From Vezdaea acicularis (taxonomy: Eukaryota), in the NCBI GenBank assembly GCA_026025075.1, contig JAPEUI010000055.1, positions 1 to 64,000 of the forward strand: DNA of 64,000 nucleotides, written 5' to 3'. Every line of letters begins with the position of its first letter. Within the stretch, counting starts at the first letter, position 1. A model generated the notes under the pieces. The model had not been told where the DNA came from, searched no databases, and worked only from the letters and a program-made list of their open reading frames with translations. This document shows, in pieces, positions 49,567-62,189 of the stretch. The position numbers and the translations under genes are program-made.

Positions 49567-49573
49567 TGAGTCA
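49567..49573. promoter_or_regulatory. Gcn4/CpcA recognition element (TGAGTCA), candidate autoregulatory site
   Basis: ATGAGTCAC ~180 bp upstream of uORF1, beside a CCAAT box (ATTGG at ~49551). A second TGACTCA lies at 50691-50697. Confidence 0.7.
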
Positions 49574-51380
49574 CATTCGCACCTCCCACCAGTGGTCAAA
49601 CGGACAGGGCTCACGCGAAGGGCAAGGGCGAGGCAGACGCACGCACGCACGCATGCACACCCCAACGGCGCACAAGGCACCCTCATCTTCCGGTGCTCCA
49701 AATTTCATCGCGGGTAACAGGTTGAACATGACCGCGGATGACTGCGAATACTTCCCATGGTCGCCACGTGCCCTCATCAAGAGGTTCATGGTGGCATTCC
49801 CCCCTTCAAAAGGTCCCTAAGAGATCGGATTATCGTTGAGGGAGATGGGCAGAAAGTAGCGACGAAAGAGCCCGATCGCGAATATTTCCAGTGGCCGCGC
49901 TTGGACGGACTTTAGTGCCCCCCACTGCACCGCCCTCAGCTCTCAGGCTGCTTGCTCCCTCCGTCCCGTGGTTATCGAGCACATCTCGGCACGAGCCTGT
50001 CGCTCGATTTTCCCCATATCCGCCGTGTTCTCTGCTCTCTCTCCCTTCGAGACGCTTCACTTGTGGCTGTTACTCTCGCGAATAGCGACCGAAAGGCATG
50101 TTCTGCAGATGATCGAGGAGTCATCCCACACGCCCGGTTTCAGGGCCGCTGACGGGACTTGACCTGTCGGCTGCCGTAAGGAGAGGAGGGAAGCGAGTGA
50201 GATTCAGAGTCGGGCCACCCCCCCCGCTGTTCAAACGCGGAGGGGAGCCCAGAAGCGGGCAGTCCGGATATTGCCGGAAGTTGCCGAGCGGGCAGGATTC
50301 CCCGGCATAACCTCACGCCCACCATTTGCTGCTGGACCCTCTGCGCACAAATGGTGCTTTTTCTCACAGTGCATCGCCACCTTGCGGGACATTGATCAAG
50401 TTCTACGAGTACGCCTGGAGGAAGTCAATTGGAACGCATTGGCTATCACTTCTTGGAGTGACGCCATCGAGCGATAAAGTCGTGGAGATATTGCCGTGTT
50501 CTCGAGCTGCTGCGCCCTGCGGACTGCATGCTCTCCCCCACGCGCGTCGGACCTCCGCCCAGATGCCCTAACCGGTGGCCTCTCGTCGACCCAATTGAAG
50601 GGTTCCCTCCCGCACCAGATTCCTCCCCGGCCGATCGCTCGCGCCAGGAAATGTGGAGAGGTGGTCACTCTTCTCGTGAATTGAGTTCGTTGACTCATTT
50701 TCTCACTGCCTTCGTGTCGCGGTGGTGTTCTTGGCCACCGCCCAAGGAGCGCCATCACTCGTTACTCGCAAGCGAGCTACTGCTGGGCTGCAGCGGCGCT
50801 TGCAGATGGTGGACAGGCGGTCACGTCCCCTCCTCAGCGGGCCGAATAAGGAAAGTGCGAAGGATGCGGATCCGGCTGCCCCTCGTACAGGAAGGGCCCA
50901 CCCCGTTGCATTTTCAGGCAACAGCAGGAGAGCGTCAGGACACCAGTCTCTCGAGATCATATACGTATGCCGATTTCCTTCACGCCCATGTCGGCGCCTC
51001 CCTTTTCTTCTTTCTCTTCCGTCAGAAACATAAATGGCTCCTATGGGTTGAAGTCTCCGTTGTACGACGTGAATGTGTGCACGTCGACTCCGGAAACCTA
51101 CGATGCGATTCATCCCTCCCGGTTGGAAAACGCAGAACCACCTTCGCTGATTAGCCAAGAGCCTAGCCAAGGATGCTTTCGACTGGTGGGGGGAAAATTC
51201 AATTGCTTTGATATCAAAGCATTTCCAAGCAGCCGTCGATCCCTCTCGTAGCGAGATGGCAATGCCAAGATCACCCCGTGGAGTTGTGGCCCATTGCGCC
51301 GTCAGGTTACCAGACCCAGGGCTTTAATATTAATGTTGACCATTTACGTTTATCCAATAAATGTATGAAGTGCCTGTATC

Positions 51381-52715
51381 CTATAATTTTGCAGCCGTGG
51401 AAACCTTGGGTTTCCACCTCATCATCTGTTTCCACTCCTCACCAAAAGTGCTCTTCTCCTTCACAGCTGCCCAAGCTTCCCTTTCCTTCCTCCCTTCCTC
51501 TCGCCATCGAACCATCTCTTTTCCTACCCAGTTCGCGATCAGGTACGCGCACTGCGTTGCCTCATCCATGGGCACCAAGTGCCCAGCATCCTTGACCACC
51601 TCTGTCTTGACCCTACCCTTCGAAGCGCCCCCGTTCCCTCCTACGCCCGTGCCCGTGACCTCTATTCTCTTGGCCTGCACTGCTGGTGGTGACATTTCAC
51701 TCTTACCTCCCAACACATACAACACGCTGGGTCTCACGAATGGTAGATTGTTATGTGTGCTCATGAACTCGGGTCGATACCACGGTGGAAGTCCACGGGC
51801 AGGGTCCTGAGCCATCTTTAAGAATTCAGGGTCAATATCCGGCGCCGAGGTACCTAGGGGGGACAATCCGGGAATCGGCCGTGCAAAAGAGAAGACCTCT
51901 TGATGCTTTGTCGTCGTGAGCGTCACAGGCATAGACCTGCCCAGCGGCAGGGGCAGCTTGGGGTAGACTGCTGTAGGTAGTTCTCGTAGCCCATATTTCA
52001 GGTACAAGTCTAGCACACGCGAGTCCCAGCGCTGGAAGAATTCGCTCTTCCGGAAGCTTGCTTCTGCTTCCGCCCGTGAGGGCCACATATCCCGCCGCAC
52101 TGTACTCATCTGAGGCGCGACTGACGGCACGAATTGGACGGTCTCGAGGCTCATTAGGACGGGGTCCATGAGCACGACTGTCGTGAGGAGGCGCGGATGC
52201 ATCAATGCCAGGTTGACGAGCTGGACCCCGCCCATGCTGTGTCCGATGCCTATGAGTGGGCGCGGCATCTCCGCCCGAAAGTGGTTTATCATGTGGAGAA
52301 GGTCGCGGGCGTGGTCCTGCCATGAGGGGTCGTTGCCGATTAGGGCTTCGTTGAGGACCCCACTGGCGCCCTGGTTTGTTATGTCTGCGACCCAGATGCT
52401 GCGGATGTGAAAGTTATTGGCGTGAGAGCGATGTAATATTTCGTCCCATAGTGGCTCGTAGAGTTCCTGTTATCGATATTAGCGGGGGTTGCCGATGAAA
52501 TGGAAGATGTACCACGGTACTTTCGGGAAGCCGTTAGCGTGTCCCCCGATGATAGTCACATCACCAGGCTGAGGCTTTAAATTGTCGAGGGGAGTGTATT
52601 GCTTGATCACTATCTGCAGTACATCTTCTTGATTATTTGCCGTGGCATGGGGGTATTCCCTAATGTGCTGGGCCGGGAGGATGTGCTCTTTTACTTGGAA
52701 GAGAGACGACGACAT
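51381..52715 (-). CDS. alpha/beta hydrolase, probably peroxisomal (Lpx1-like), two exons
   Basis: HANGFPK|ELYEPLW, nucleophile motif GHSMG, catalytic His in AGHLVP, C-terminal PTS1 AKL. Confidence 0.88.
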
Positions 52716-53251
52716 GATGTGAGGAAAAGCCGCGACTAAAGGCTTGCCCCATGGAACACCATATGTATTCCCTCGAAGTCTTCAATCGACGTGCGAGAAG
52801 CTGGCCTTAGCAGACTCGGTATGGCTGGGTTTACATGTTGAAACATATTCACGCTCAGAGCTTGAAGGCGCGAGCCGAGGTATGTCGGTCCGCCATTTTA
52901 CGACTTAATAAGAATATTCCACGAAGCCCGATAATTGAAACTTCTAGATGAGACATGATGGATGCTGCTCGACGAGGTTTTTTGGAAAATTAACTAGATG
53001 CCAGATGATGTTAAGCTGGTCACGTGTGAACGTAAGTGGAACGCGACTGCGCGCGCTTCGCGTCTACTTGAGCGGCAACAACGAATGGAGATAAAGATTA
53101 AGCCACCCCACGTACATAACATACCAATGCTGCAATCAGTTTACGCCAAAGTCAGTACTTGTCCCGGATAAACGTATGAGTCTACATCCTCACTCAGGAT
53201 CCGTTCACTCCATCCTTTTCTGGCTCTAACGGAGTCGTATCCTGAAGTAAT

Positions 53252-55988
53252 ATGGCAGAGGGGGTGGTGGGTGAGAAGCCGAAGCTCTTCGACGAAGTGA
53301 CCTTCTCGGTCATCCGTAGCAAGTCACTGGATGATCAGTACGCCTTACAGGTCTGCTGGCCCGCTATACATCATAAGGGTGTTACTGATCGCACTTACAG
53401 CTGAGCAAATTGCTTGTGGACAACGGTGCCGTAGAATGCTCATCCGTAAGCCAACGCCACTAGCCCATACGTCAAGCGTCACTTGAAGTCTATACTAATT
53501 GCCTATCCGTGTAGTTTTCAGTTGACCAAGTGACGCATATAATATCGAACACATCAGATTTCCCGGCTTACAATGCAGCTTGTGACGCCCTCATCCCCGT
53601 GGTCAAAGCTGGTTGGGTGGAGGCGTGTTTGTCTAAGGGGAGATTGGCTCAAATGAGGCCATGGAGTCCCGATCCAAACCTCTTCTTCGCGGGAGTTCAG
53701 ATTACCTGTACAAACTTGCCGAAAGGTGATGAGGAGGCAATCATTGCTGGAGTCATCGCTATGGGTGGACAGTATTCTCGTCAGTTGACAAAGTTGGTGA
53801 CGCATATTGTGGCATTGTCAACCGATAATGAGAAGTGTGAGCAGGCCATAGCCAAGCGACCAGATATGAAGATTGTTCTACCTCACTGGTAAGTGACGAG
53901 CATGCGACTTCTCTAAATGTATGCTCATAATACCTAAGGTTTGACGATTGCCTCAAGCTTGGAAAGAAGATCGACGAGCGCCCATATATGCTCCCGGACG
54001 CCGAAATCACTCGAAAAGCGCCGGAGGAGCCTGTCTCAATTCCGAAAAGCCCCTCGGTCGTAGGCGCTTCATCTCCCAAGCCAGGACCTCTCCCAACACC
54101 AACAAATTCACCAAGCCCGGGACGGCTTCAGGTCTTTCAAGGAAAAAATGTTATGTTAGCTCAAGACCTTGACCTAGGAGGTCGACTAAGGGGCACGATT
54201 CAGGATTTGATCACTGCTGGTGGAGGAACCGTAACCAGTACAGTCCGCAAGGCTGATATGTTGGTCTGTCAATATCGAGACGGAGACGACTACATCGTCG
54301 CCTCAAGAAGTAGGAAGGATGTCGGAAACTTGTCCTGGCTTTACTATCTGATTACTCACAACTCATGGACCTCTCCCTTCCGTCGGTTGCTTCATTATCC
54401 AATTGCACGCGACGGCCTACCAGGTTTCAAGGACACCATGATATCTGTCTCGAACTATGGTGGTGAAGCGCGGCTTTATCTGGAGAATCTTGTGATGGCG
54501 GCAGGAGGGCGTTTCACAAAGACTATGAGGCAAGAAAATACGCATCTCATCACAGCCCGGCAATTCAGTGAAAAGTGTACTGCCGCAAAGGAATGGAACA
54601 TAAATATGGTTAACCATCTCTGGCTAGAAGAGAGCTATTCAAAATGGGAAATGCAGGCTCTGACTAATCCAAGATACACGCATTTTCCATCTAGGACCAA
54701 TCTTGGTGAAGTTGTAGGGCAGACTCCAATTGAGCGAAGCGTTCTCGAAAAGCACTTCTTTCCTCTCAATAAAGACAAGAAAGCCGAGGAAGAGGATCGC
54801 CATAAAAGTGCTATGCAGAGAAGCCACCATGATGCCTCTTCAAGCTCCTCGGTAGAGACAAATTCCTTAACGCAACATACTAGCTTAGCATTACGTCGTT
54901 CTGATCCTTCGGATCCTGTCCAAAGGCTGAAAGAGGATCGCAAGAGCGTTTCGACACCCTCAAAGAGAATCGGAAATGCCGAAAAAGAAAACCACACACC
55001 CAGCAGTATTGGGAGCCGCAGTGCTAAAGCACGTGCCGCTGCTGCAATCCACGAACTAGCTCCAGATATGGCCCTTTACGAGAAGGAGATGAGAAAAAAG
55101 GGAGGTATGGTTCGGCCGTCAAGAGTCATAAAATCCGATCTTGTCGACCCAAATCGGAAACGCAGCATAAGCGTTGCATCTGAAGAAAAAACCAGCCCCT
55201 TGGGGAGCGTAGACGGCCGTGACGACCTGACAGAGCGAAAGCGAGCCAAGATAGTGGGGAAAGTCCCAGTCCAGATACGACTCCTCGTGACTAGCTATTC
55301 GCGCTGGACTGGACAGCTGACAACCGCCCGAGAAGACCAGGACAAGAAGGTATTGAGAGAATTGGGTATAATAGTTACGATGGATCCAAGCAATTGCACG
55401 CATCTTGCGGCACCTGGGATTGTCCGCACCCCAAAATTCGTGTGCGCTCTTGCCGCCGGTGCGACAGTTCTCAGTTGCAAATTCATAGACGACTGCCTTG
55501 CAGAGTCTGAAATGCCAGAAGACATAGGGTCATATGCACTGAAGGACTCAGATGGAGAGCGCCGACTTGGCATCAAGCTTCGTCAGGTAGTGGCTAGAGG
55601 GAAAGCGAACAAAGGAAAGCTGTTCAAAGACCTGAGGATATGGAGCACTCCCAGTCTTGAGAATCAAAGCACCTACCGTAGCATCATCGAAGCAAATGGT
55701 GCGAAACTCCGGATTTTTAAGGCAAAAGGGGGCTCAGCTTCCAAGACACGCGAAAGTGAAGATACCGATATGACAAGGGATGAATTGGCCAGTGGGATAG
55801 ACGACGGAGCTATAGCTTATCTGCTAAGTGGCGAGACAGAAGAGGAGAAGTCATTATGGAAGAGCTTTGCGGCCAAGGCGGAAGACAAGGGCAGAAAGGC
55901 CAAGATAGTGTCAACTGACTGGGTCTTGGACTCAGCGATGTCTCAGGAGATGAAATGGAAGAACGAATATCTCGTCAAATTGAGATAA
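53252..55988 (+). CDS. multi-BRCT DNA damage scaffold (Rtt107/Brc1-like), multi-exon
   Basis: Repeated BRCT hallmarks VTHII...WV, MGGQYS..LTKLVTHIV..PHW, NTHLI..NHLWLEES and CTHL...RTPKFVCAL. Confidence 0.88.
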
Positions 55989-56471
55989 GCTTGAGCGTAG
56001 AATGCTGGCGTGATTGGAAAGGGGCGGACACAGCTGTTTGTTGGTTTCTATGGAGCGGGGTTCTCTAGATCTATATGGCTAGTTTCGGCTCAACATTAGG
56101 TAGCTCTTAGCGATTATTTCTCGAACGACTCTACGTTCACAATCTACTCTCAAGCTTTAAAGCCACTCCCACCACTCGTAAAATCACCTGAAACTATTGA
56201 GCCAGTGGTAGCATTTGGGGTGCCAAGAATCAGGAACATGCAGATCCTACATGTTTTTGTCGCAAGGTGCTATGCAGTCAGCGTCAGCGCTAAGCTGCAC
56301 CCGAATACCCCTAATACAATTAAACTCAGCTTATAAACCTCACTACACGATGAAGCATCCACTTTGGACTTCCGAGAGGACGGGCTTGAAGTACATCACT
56401 TGATACCTGCATCTACTCAGCCTGGATAGGACCTTGTGACATAATATCATCACCGTCCTTTGCCCTTCAAC

Positions 56472-58324
56472 ATGACTCGGCACGATGTAGTTATCATTGG
56501 CGCCGGTACGTGTCACGCGACCATAAACGGCCAGCTTTCCAGTAATGAGTTTTGTGCTGATGCTGACCCGCCCATAGGAGTCTTTGGAATTGCTGCGGCA
56601 AGGACCTATCTAGAGGTGCACCCAGAAAGCGACGTTATCATTTTAGAATCTGACGACGTTCTAGGGGGCGTATGGAGCAGGAGTAGGTAACCTCGCGCGT
56701 TTTGACAAACCACATATGCGCAATGACTTGGTAAAGACTAATTCCGTCCGCTGGTCTAATAGACAGAGTCTATGATGATTTTTGGGCGCAGACGCCCGTT
56801 GGAATGCTGGAGTTTTCGGACATGCCTATGAAGCCACCAAAGGAAGAAGACAATTACTATGGATATTTTCCCGCTAAATATATCTCAAGTTACCTCGAGG
56901 ACTATACGAAAAGCCATTCCTACGATAACAAGACAATTTTTGAAAGGGTCATATTCAAAAAGCGTGTTAGTCAAGTGCAGAAAAGGGGTGGCCTCTGGAT
57001 TACCAAATGCGAGTCAACAGATGCACCGTTTGAATCCACTCGTTTGATAGTTGCGTCTGGGCTTACTTCGAAGCCAAAAATGCCGAACTACCCAGGTATC
57101 AGTACCCTCAAGAGACCAATTGTCCATCAAATGGACTTTGGAAAGTCAAATATAATGTCCTCACCCGATATCAAGAATGTCGTCGTGTTGGGTGGAGGAA
57201 AGTCTGCAGCAGACCTAGTTTATGGGTTAGCAAAGGCCGGAAAATCCGTCACATGGCTGATAAGGCAAACTGGTTGTGGCCCTGCATTCTTTATTCCGGC
57301 GCAAGGGGCTGGTCGTTATCGTAATGCGAATGAGAATTTTTTTACGGGAAAGGCTGGGGCGATGAGTATGTCCATCTTCTTCCCTTGGAGGATCGTTCAG
57401 TGGTTGTTTCACTCTACTCGCTGGGGAATGAACTATGTGAACAAAATGTGGGAAGGTGCGGACCAGGGCAATCGGCTTCTAGCTGGATACAAAACTAGAG
57501 AAAGTAATGGCAAGGGCTTCGAGAAGCTCGAACCGGACACCCCTATTTTCTGGGAGAACGACAGCACAGGCACCAACCAGAGACCTGACTTCTGGGAGAC
57601 TATCGCCGAGAAAGTTCATGTTTACAGACAAGATATTACGAGTATGACTGATGGCACTATCAAGCTTCATGACGGCACAGTCTTGACCACAGATGCTCTA
57701 GTATGCGGCACAGGTTGGGAATCAACCTTCGACTACTTCAGCACATCCGAAGCCGCCAAGCTCGGCCTCTCGGTCCCAATAGATGCCCAACCCTCCGATA
57801 TTGCTGCCAAATGGGAAAAGCTCGAAGCTGAAGCCGACTCTAAAGTCGTGAAGATGTTCCCACGCCTAGCCTCGCCACCTTCTCACTTCAAACGCCCCCT
57901 AACCGCCACGCCCTATCGACTCTACAAAGCCATTGCCCCCCTAGAAGACCCTAGCATCGCCTTTGTCGGCAACGTGACGGTTGGAAACGCCTTTCTAGCC
58001 TCAGAATGTCAGGGCCTATGGGCGGTTGCGAATATGGATGGGAAGCTCGCCTTACCGCCAAAAGAAGAAAAGGAGCAGGATGTTGCTCTCGTCAACGCAT
58101 GGTGCAGGCGGCGCTACTTGTACAAAGGCCGGACAGGGACGTGGTTCTACTTCGACACTGTGGCGTATGCGGACTCGCTGATCACGCAGCTTGGACTGTC
58201 ATCGCATAAGAAGTCATGGTATGAGGAGATTTATGCGCCGCGGATGGCCGAGGACGTGCGGCCGTTGCTTAGAGAGTATTTGCATAAGCAGGGCCTGGAT
58301 GAGAAAGCTCGGAAAGACCTTTGA
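56472..58324 (+). CDS. flavin-containing monooxygenase (FMO-like), multi-exon
   Basis: FAD motif VVIIGAG|VFG, GGVW, NADPH motif VVVLGGGKSAAD, DALVCGTGW. Confidence 0.9.
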
Positions 58325-58716
58325 CCGTAGTGTTACTCTGTGGAATGGCTCTAGGGGCCTTTAGCTATGGCACAGCATGGAACGTACCATGCCTTCCGAA
58401 TAGGGAGTTCGCAGGCTACAAATTTGGGTCTAACCCTGTAGGTGAATACACCTTGACATAAAAATTTATAAACTGAAGTCCGATATCTGCACGTCACTAC
58501 CGTCATCGCCTTATTTGCCTAGGAAAGGGACTGGGGGGTGTTCCCTCTGTGGAACTTTGCTTTGTATATGATAGTTAGGCCATCCTCAATTTGAAGCATC
58601 GTCAGCCTCACAAAGGAATTCGCATCCCATTTTGACTATGTCCATTTGTGGCCCATCTATCATACTGATATGTCTATGGAGCCGTCTCGATTGCGATTGC
58701 GATTGTTGAATGTTGC

Positions 58717-60282
58717 TTATCCTTTCGCTGCACCGGCCTTGATTAGTAGTATATCACCATCCTCAACGACATACTCCTTTCCCTTCGTCAGAACCTTTCC
58801 TGCAGCCTTCACGCCAGCTTCGTCCCCTACCTCTTTTAATGTAGCATAATTGAAGACGATCGCTTGGATAAAGGTCTTCTCAAAATCTATGCTGACTTAG
58901 TCTTTTCTCTTTGGACAATCGATTCAGGAGACTGACCAGTGTGGATGACGCCTGCAGCCTGTGGCGCCTTTGTGCCTTTTCTAATAGTCCATTGTCGCAC
59001 CTCATCTGTGCCAGTCGTAAAGAAACTTCCAAGATTAAGTGCTTGCCTCATCGTGACGATGACCTTGGGTAAGGCGGACTTGGTCCCTAGCTTCTTGCAT
59101 TCGTCCTCAGCTTCGCTTTCATTCTCAAAACGGGTGAGTCTTTCTTCAAAGGAGATCGAGAGTGGAATGATAGGGTCCCCTTGAGAATGCTCCTTGATCC
59201 AATTAGCAATATTTGGAAGATTCTTGTTTTTCTGGCGAATGTAGTCCTTTTCGCTCAAATTGACGAGATATATAACGGGTTTTGCCGTCAGTAGGAAAAG
59301 AGGATTAATGACTTCCACCTGATGTGATGTTAGCCTGCGCTTAAATTCATGAATCGTCAATGAATTGTAGGACTGTTAAGCCTGATTCAGGATTGGACTT
59401 CATCTCAAGAGGGTCTCTGCGTGAGTTTGTATTGGAGACTCTTCGACGAGCTGGGATTATATCGAGCTTGAGAGCTCTTGTTCATCATGTAGGAATTGCT
59501 TGCGACTTTAGGGATAGGGAGTCAGAATATTCCTCACCTCCTTTGGGGCCCAATTGCCTTTCCGTACATCTTTTCCATCCTTTAGCCACTGAAGAACCTT
59601 CTCTACGGTCGCCTGCTCCTCCTTGAGCTTCTTCATCTCAAGACTCTGACCCCCTCTTATCGTCTGCTTTTTCACTACCTCCAGGGCCTTCTCGGTAAAT
59701 TCAATATCCTTGATTCGCAATTCGTCGCTAATGATATTCAGATCACGAACGGGATCAACATCGCCCTCGATATGGATAATCTCGGCATCGTCGAAACATC
59801 GCACCACTTGAAAGATGGCATCGACTGCACGTATGTGGGACAGAAAGGCGTTGCCAAGCCCTGCGTTCGTCGATGCTCCTCTGGTGAGGCCTGCGATATC
59901 ATAAACTGTCAAATTGGCAGGGACTCTCGATGCAGGCTTGTAATGGTCACAGAGCCAGTCATAGCGTTCATCTGGAACAATGACCCTAGCTTCTTCAGGC
60001 TCTATTGTGGCGTAAGGAAAGTTCTAAGAGAAAAATATAAGCTCACGATATAGACATGATGTATTTTCGTGGAGGCTCGTACAGCAGGATTCCCGAGTGA
60101 GCATTTGGTAATTGCTTGGAATAATGTCGACTTTCCCACATTTGCAAGCCCGACCTAATTAAAACAGTGAGCAGTAGCTTATCTATGCTTGACAGTTAGA
60201 ATCATACAATACCACTTTTGAGATTATTCCCGGGCCTGCCCAATAGAATCTTCTCTTCTTTAACTTGCTTCTTCGGAGGCAT
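58717..60282 (-). CDS. OLA1: Obg-like ATPase 1 (YchF family), multi-exon
   Basis: MPPKKQ...LLGRPGNNLKSGI|VGLANVGKST, DIAGL, GLGNAFLSHIR, LLTAKP, APQAAGVIHT, GKEYVVEDGD. Confidence 0.97.
59383..59493 (-). ncRNA. candidate intronic box C/D snoRNA in OLA1
   Basis: Lies in the longest OLA1 intron (~59320-59537). Box C ATGATGA (59488-59482), box D CTGA (59390-59387), C'-like GAGATGA, and a 12-nt AAGAGCTCTCAA complementary to 18S rRNA UUGAGAGCUCUU (recalled sequence). Confidence 0.7.
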
Positions 60283-60904
60283 CTTCTTATTTCTACTTGA
60301 GTAGCCCTGATTGAAAGTTTTGATATACCAGACAGCTGATATGCGCCGTTTTGTTCGGCTACTGTTCAGCAGAAATGCAGGCCAAGCTGCAGAAGTATAA
60401 AAGAGTGTGTGAGAATTGAAAAGCTTTGGTGAGAATACAGGGGCCGTGATTCCAAAGGTATTCTAGTAGCGAAGATGACTCTAAGAGTCGATCTTCTCTG
60501 CCGGAGGTGAAATGAGTACACACTCAACGTAGTTTGTGGAGCGTAATCAGCGCTTGTAATGGTGCTTAAGTATTTTCACCTACGAAGCGAAAAATAAGTG
60601 CAGTCTTCATGGCGATACGAAATAGTTCTTTGACAAGAAAATATTAGGTTGCTTTTTTGACCCTATTGCACTGAAGATTCATCTTAGATTTCTCTATGGA
60701 GAATATGGTCTTTGCACATTTCCCCACCTCTCGACATGGTAACGATTGGAATGGTTGATTTTCCGTCGGCAGTTGCAGTCCCCGTCTTAGGCTTGCGCGT
60801 CAGCACGCGGCCAGCTTGCGCCGGAACAGCCAGCCTACACGACCTTTCCTTTCGACTATCTGCTATGGCCACAATGACACTCCATTGGACCTAAGAAGCT
60901 ACGC

Positions 60905-61815
60905 ATGAGTAGGAAAATGCCATCACAGCATAAGAAGAAGACAAGCAAAAGTGTGCATTCTCGAAACCATAGGTCCACTCTGTCGTTGCAAAAGACCGAG
61001 ATATACATCAACGTATATGATTTGCTTCCGGTAATTCGCTGTCTTTAATTTGACAAGACGTAGACTGACCAGCTCAAATGTATAGCCAGGACGAGTCTCT
61101 ACAGCATTGTGGTTCTGCGGGAGCTCTCTACTACATTCTGGAGTTGTCATTAAGGATAAAGAGTACGCATATGGGGGCCACGACCAACCAGGAATGAGCG
61201 GCGTGTACTGGACGAGACCAAAGACAGACCCACCGGGAGGCAGATTTTGCCATGAGCATTTCCAGGGGTTTACACTAAAGCCGGAAGTGGAAATTCATCA
61301 AGCTATCAAAGAAGTACGGTGCATCAATTGCTTGCTCTCTAAATTTCATGCCCACACTAATAACCTTGCAGGTCTCAGAAGAATTTGTTGGTCCTTCCTA
61401 CAACTTGCTTTCAAAGAATTGCAATCATTTCACTTCGCGTCTTTGTGAAAGACTGACCAACAGAAGTGCACCGTCTTGGATTAATCGTGCTGCCAGCATT
61501 GGGGTTGCGTTGCCTTGCGTTGTTCCTCGCGAATGGATCGATGCACCTGATCATGACACCACCGGTGGCGAATTACTCGAAGAAGAGGGAAGCAATGAAA
61601 TTTCTACGATGCTTCTGAGCAGTCGAGACAGACAGGATCAAACAAGGCATAGCTTTGGTGAAGCCGAAAACCGCAGCGAGAGTCAACCGAGGTTACTACA
61701 CTGGGACAGTCAAAGTGATTTTGGAAGTGGTAGAAATGACCAGAGTAAGATTGCTCTGAGAGACACGAGTGGTAGAATTGTACCGGCAAGTGAGCGCGCA
61801 CCTACTCCTGTGTAA
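60905..61815 (+). CDS. PPPDE/DeSI-family peptidase, three exons
   Basis: IYINVYDL, catalytic His in LLHSGVVI..EYAYG, catalytic Cys in YNLLSKNCNHF, PSWINRAA. Confidence 0.92.
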
Positions 61816-62189
61816 TCGCCCTACTATACACTGTGGATGTTGTTATTGGGAGCAGTTGGATCCTATCTTGAAGTTGTATGTGGACCTCCAATAGCCAATG
61901 GATCGAACACAACAATCCGTGTAGTGGAAGTTCACGTATCTTTCTCAGATAGTCTCCGGGACTACTCAGACTATATTCATAAAACGAACAGCCCACCTGT
62001 AAGCGGCTGGCATCATTCACGGTCACGCTTTGCACAACATGCAAAGGGGGAATTCTAATTAACGACCTCATATGGTAGAAGCAATCCATTCTGCGCTCCG
62101 AGCAACAAATGACATCCACTTTCCATAGTGGACGGATCGATAATTAGCTTCAAGAGGGACTTGAATTGCCATACGGTTCTCATACACAT

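Noticed and set aside
51381..58324. Hydrolase plus FMO as a secondary metabolite cluster
   Set aside because: No PKS, NRPS or terpene backbone gene, and the two are interleaved with housekeeping genes.
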